Shown here: piece by piece, positions 51,181-64,000 of the stretch
How the letters are laid out: the number at the start of each line of letters is the position of its first letter
How positions within the stretch are numbered: the stretch's first letter is position 1
NCBI GenBank assembly: GCA_002633005.1
Contig: NMRA01000145.1
Span: 337,898 to 401,897 of the forward strand
Direction of reading: 5' to 3'
Length of the DNA stretch: 64,000 nt
From: Phoronis australis
Lineage: Eukaryota; Animalia; Phoronida
The notes under the pieces: model-generated
The model's database searches: none
What the model was told of the DNA's origin: nothing
What the model saw: only the letters and a program-made list of their open reading frames with translations
Translations under genes and position numbers: made by a program

Positions 51181-54100
51181 ATGACTTTCAGGTTCAAGGC
51201 TGTTGACCCAGATCATAACATACCGCCCAAGCCTCGGTCAGTGACCCGGGCTTTGACTCACACACTTTCTCTTTCTCTGCCCACAGAGTTAACAAGGTGG
51301 TTGTCCAGGGGGTTAACAATGACCAACTCCCATCGGTGTGAGCTTTCTGATTTTGTGATGAACTCTAGACTAAATCGAACTGTGCTGACCAAAGGCAAGG
51401 CAAAAGCTATTGGTTCTAACTAATTAAAGCCGCTACCCGCAACACCGATAATTTTACACAGAAATCAAAGTGCAGAATGGCAAATGACATACACTTGCAT
51501 TTCCAACAAAACGATACAAACCTAAAAACTGGCCACAGATTAGCTGAGAAAAGACAGCCTGTCCCTGGATAATCCACAAGAGTCAAGGTGACAAGTGGCT
51601 GCTTAGCTGCCAGAGGCTGGAGTATTGTCAGAGACGGTAGGCTTACGGTTTATACATTTATCTTTGACACGGTGTTGCTGTCTGCTGAGGGCCTCTATTG
51701 GTAAAAAGTGAACTAACTGGTTTTAATTTCTGAAAACGTTGGACATTGTGCGAATGACCAGTTATAGAAGCCGGTCCACGTATATTCATAAATATCCGAA
51801 TAAGCAATTTAGATTATTCAAAAAACTTCAATTAAGCTCCATTTTCTCCACTTTTTTATTTTATATTTGATTAAGTTAAAGTTCAATCATAAAATTTTAA
51901 ATTAATTTACATTTATTTTCTAATAATAGCAAAAACTTCAATAAAAATATAAGTTATTGTGTTTGTTCTCTGCAGGTTCCACCATCTTGGAAGCGGACGT
52001 GGTAAATTTTTGCTGCAATTATAAAATACTTTCGTCTCATAATCAGCATGATTTATAGTGTCGCATTTGAGTTCTAAATGACTCGTGATTGAGCTGTCAA
52101 CGTACAGAACACTTTCTGTGAAAATATTGCGCACAATTCACAAACTTAGTCAAGTGTCGCTGACCTCCCAACATGTCCAGTCCATCTCCCGTCCCGAATA
52201 ATTCAGACTCCAAGGCACGGTATCAGATTTTTTACTCAAAATGGAACTTAAGTCATTTTTACATTTTTTATTCTACAGGTGCGAAGACCGCAAATGGTAG
52301 TGCTCAGATAAAGTGGTCCCTGATTTTGAGAACCAGTTCAGTGTTCTCCACAATAACAATTCCAAAGATCAAACTCGATGCAGATTTCTAGAGTTCAACA
52401 CCATAGTGTTGACTAGCGGAGATGTTTTAACATTACTCTCCAATCCTAGTTTGCACTTGATCACCCTCAGCATTAAGGCTAAAGTTTTGAGTTTGAAATC
52501 AAGAAATCCGGAGTTTGGAGCTCGAATCTAGGGTCATCCAAGTGCAAACTTGGACTAAAAACTCGTATGCATAAACCATAATGTAATAAGTCATAGAATA
52601 GTAGACACTTGTGAGTTGTGTTTTCACAAAAGTAGAATAATGCAAAAAAATAATTGGAGTTCAATTACCAGTGCAAAGGCTAGAGTAGAGTCAGGCCTAG
52701 GCAATGACCATCGCCTCTGTTGGCCCGAACCANATGACTTTCAGGTTCAAGGCTGTTGACCCAGATCATAACATACCGCCCAAGCCTCGGTCAGTGACCC
52801 GGACTTTGACTCACACACTTTCTCTTTCTCTGCCCACAGAGTTAACAAGGTGGTTGTCCAGGGGGTTAACAATGACCAACTCCCATCGGTGTGAGCTTTC
52901 TGATTTTGTGATGAACTCTAGACTAAATCGAACTGGGCTGACCAAAGGCAAGGCAAAAGCTATCTATGTTGGTTCTAACCAATTTAAGCCGCTACCCGCA
53001 ACACCGATAATTTTACACAGAAATCAAAGTGCAGAATGGCAAATGACATTCACTTGCAATTCCAACAAAACGATACAAACCTAAAAACTGGCCACAGATT
53101 AGCTGAGAAAGGACGGCCTGTCCCCTGGATAATCCACAAGAGTCAAGGTGACAAGTGGCTGCTTAGCTGCCAGAGGCTGGAGTATTGTCAGAGACGATAG
53201 GCTTACGGTTTATACATTTATCTTTGACACGGTGTTGCTGTCTGCTGAGGGCCTCTATTGGTAAAAAGTGAACTAACTGGTTTTAATTTCTGAAAACGTT
53301 GGACATTGTGCGAATGACCAGTTATAGAAGCCGGTCCACGTATATTCATAAATATCCGAACAAGCAATTTAGATTATTCAAAAAAATTCAATTAATCTCC
53401 ATTTTCTCCACTTTTTTATTTTATATTTAATTAAATTAAAGTTGATTCATAAAATTTTAAATTAATTTACATTTATTTTCTAATAATAGCAAAAACTTCA
53501 ATAAAAATATAAGTTATTGTTTTTGTTCTCTGCAGGTTCCACCATCTTGGAAGCGGACGTGGTAAATTTTTGCTGCAATTATAAAATACTTTCGTCTCAT
53601 AATCAGCATGATTTAGTGTCGCATTTGTGTTCCAAATGACTTATTATTGAGCTCTCAACGTACAGAACATTTTCTGTGAAAATTATGCGCACAATTTACA
53701 AACTTAGTCAAGTGTCGCTGGCCTCCCAACATGTCCAGTCCATCTCCCGTCACGAATAATTCAGACTCCAAGGCACGGAATCAGATTTTTTACTCAAAGT
53801 GGCACTTAAGTCATTTTTACATTTTTTATTCTAAAGGTGCGAAGACCGCAAATGGTAGTGCTCAGATAAAGCGGTCCCTGATTTTGAGAACCAGTTCAGT
53901 GTTCTCCACAATAACAATTCCAAAGACCAAACTCGATGGCGATGCAGATTTCTAGAGTTCAACACCATAGTGTTGACTAGCGGAGATGTTTTAACATTAC
54001 TCTCCAATCCTAGTTTGCACTTGATCACCCTCAGCATTAAGGCTAAAGTTTTGAGTTTGAAATCAAGAAATCCGGAGTTTGTAGCTCGAATCTAGGGTCA

Positions 54101-54262
54101 TCAAGTGCAAACTTGGACTAAAAACTCGTATGCATAAACCATAATGTAATAAGTCATAAAATAGTAGACACTTGTGAGTTGTGTTTTCACTTATGTAGAA
54201 TAATGCAAAAAAAGTATTTTGAGTTTAATTTCCAGTGCAAAGGCTAGAGTAGAGTCAGGCCT
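51181..54262. repeat. Tandem ~1.5-kb duplication 51181-52698 / 52734-54262 around N (probable allelic overlap)
   Basis: Second copy starts right after the N at 52733; SNP/indel-level differences; duplicated ORF translations in the track. Confidence 0.8.
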
Positions 54263-54699
54263 GGAGTCTTCGCAAATAATTTTTTAAACATTAAAAAAGT
54301 AAACCTGATTATGTATACTTCTCTCACAATTCTATCGTTACACCATTTCTGAAAGTTGTGGAGCATCTGCTTGATATCTGAATTGCTGAAGGCAAATGAG
54401 TTTTTGTACAATAACTGCCTGACCTCATGTGAACTAAATACATCGTGTAGTTTAAAGTAAATGAATTTTTAATGAAAACAAGTTTATGTGGTGAATTTAG
54501 TAGGGGTAGAGAGCATTTTGCGCACTGTTTCATTATGTTTTTATTGAGCGGTATGAAAATGACGTCAGCGAACCAGAGCTGGTGTAATTTTTTATTATTG
54601 ATTGAGAATGATAATTATGCTGAAATTAACTACATTGTAGCCATCATGCGACTTAAAATCGCGATCCATGTTTCTAACAGTTTCTTCTTTTCAGGCATT

Positions 54700-63511
<8,812 letters not shown>

Positions 63512-64000
63512 TAAATTTGGTTCCTGCAGTATGTTAAGAGCATGCCTCTGAGTCCACTAGTGCCATGAATTGCCGTATGTAATGAGCTGTTAGGCTTATT
63601 GGCTAACTTTTGTCTATATCACCTCGAGAATCACCTTTTAGATCAAACAGCTGTGAATAATACCCACAGTCAATGTCCTATTCAATACAACTGTTATCGT
63701 CTTTTAGTTGTTTGTGCTGAGATCTCGCAGGGCCGTAAAAGGCACAAAAAGGCAAGAAAAGGCACCTTCACCTGTCATTTGACAGGCCTACATTTGAGTG
63801 ATTAAGCATGTGTTTTCTTTTTTAAGGCTTTCCTAGGACTATCTGGCAAGCCCAATACATCCAAAATCACAAAATTCTGTTGGTTAGGTTTTAGAGAATT
63901 TCAGAGCTCAGTGATCTACCAAAGGTTTGCTTGGATGGAGATAGACATTGTTGCCTTGTCTTGTCATGAGATGTGATAGTGAACTATGTATGCCGTTTGG

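Overview
AT-rich, intron-rich animal (probably invertebrate) genomic DNA from a draft, apparently heterozygous assembly, with single-N joins at 310, 37456, 41068 and 52733. Two multi-exon genes lie head-to-head. On the - strand is a complete 13-coding-exon SLC12A8 (CCC9) cation-chloride-cotransporter-family gene (CDS 29464->6913, 706 aa by my exon assembly). On the + strand are the first 12 coding exons of STT3A, the oligosaccharyltransferase catalytic subunit (54700-63476, continuing past the window). Main unusual features: (i) two 147-nt duplicated, apparently mutually exclusive exons for TM8 of SLC12A8, which differ at a residue aligned to the Na+ site, plus a weaker candidate alternative TM7 exon; (ii) an intact, intronless PDE10A-like GAF-GAF-PDE gene nested on the same strand in the last SLC12A8 intron, with a phase-compatible splice acceptor that could yield a transporter-phosphodiesterase fusion; (iii) three paralogous 132-nt box H/ACA snoRNAs in different STT3A introns. 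The remainder is MITE-like elements, minisatellites and allelic duplications at the N joins. All exon boundaries and family assignments come from manual reading and recall, not database searches.
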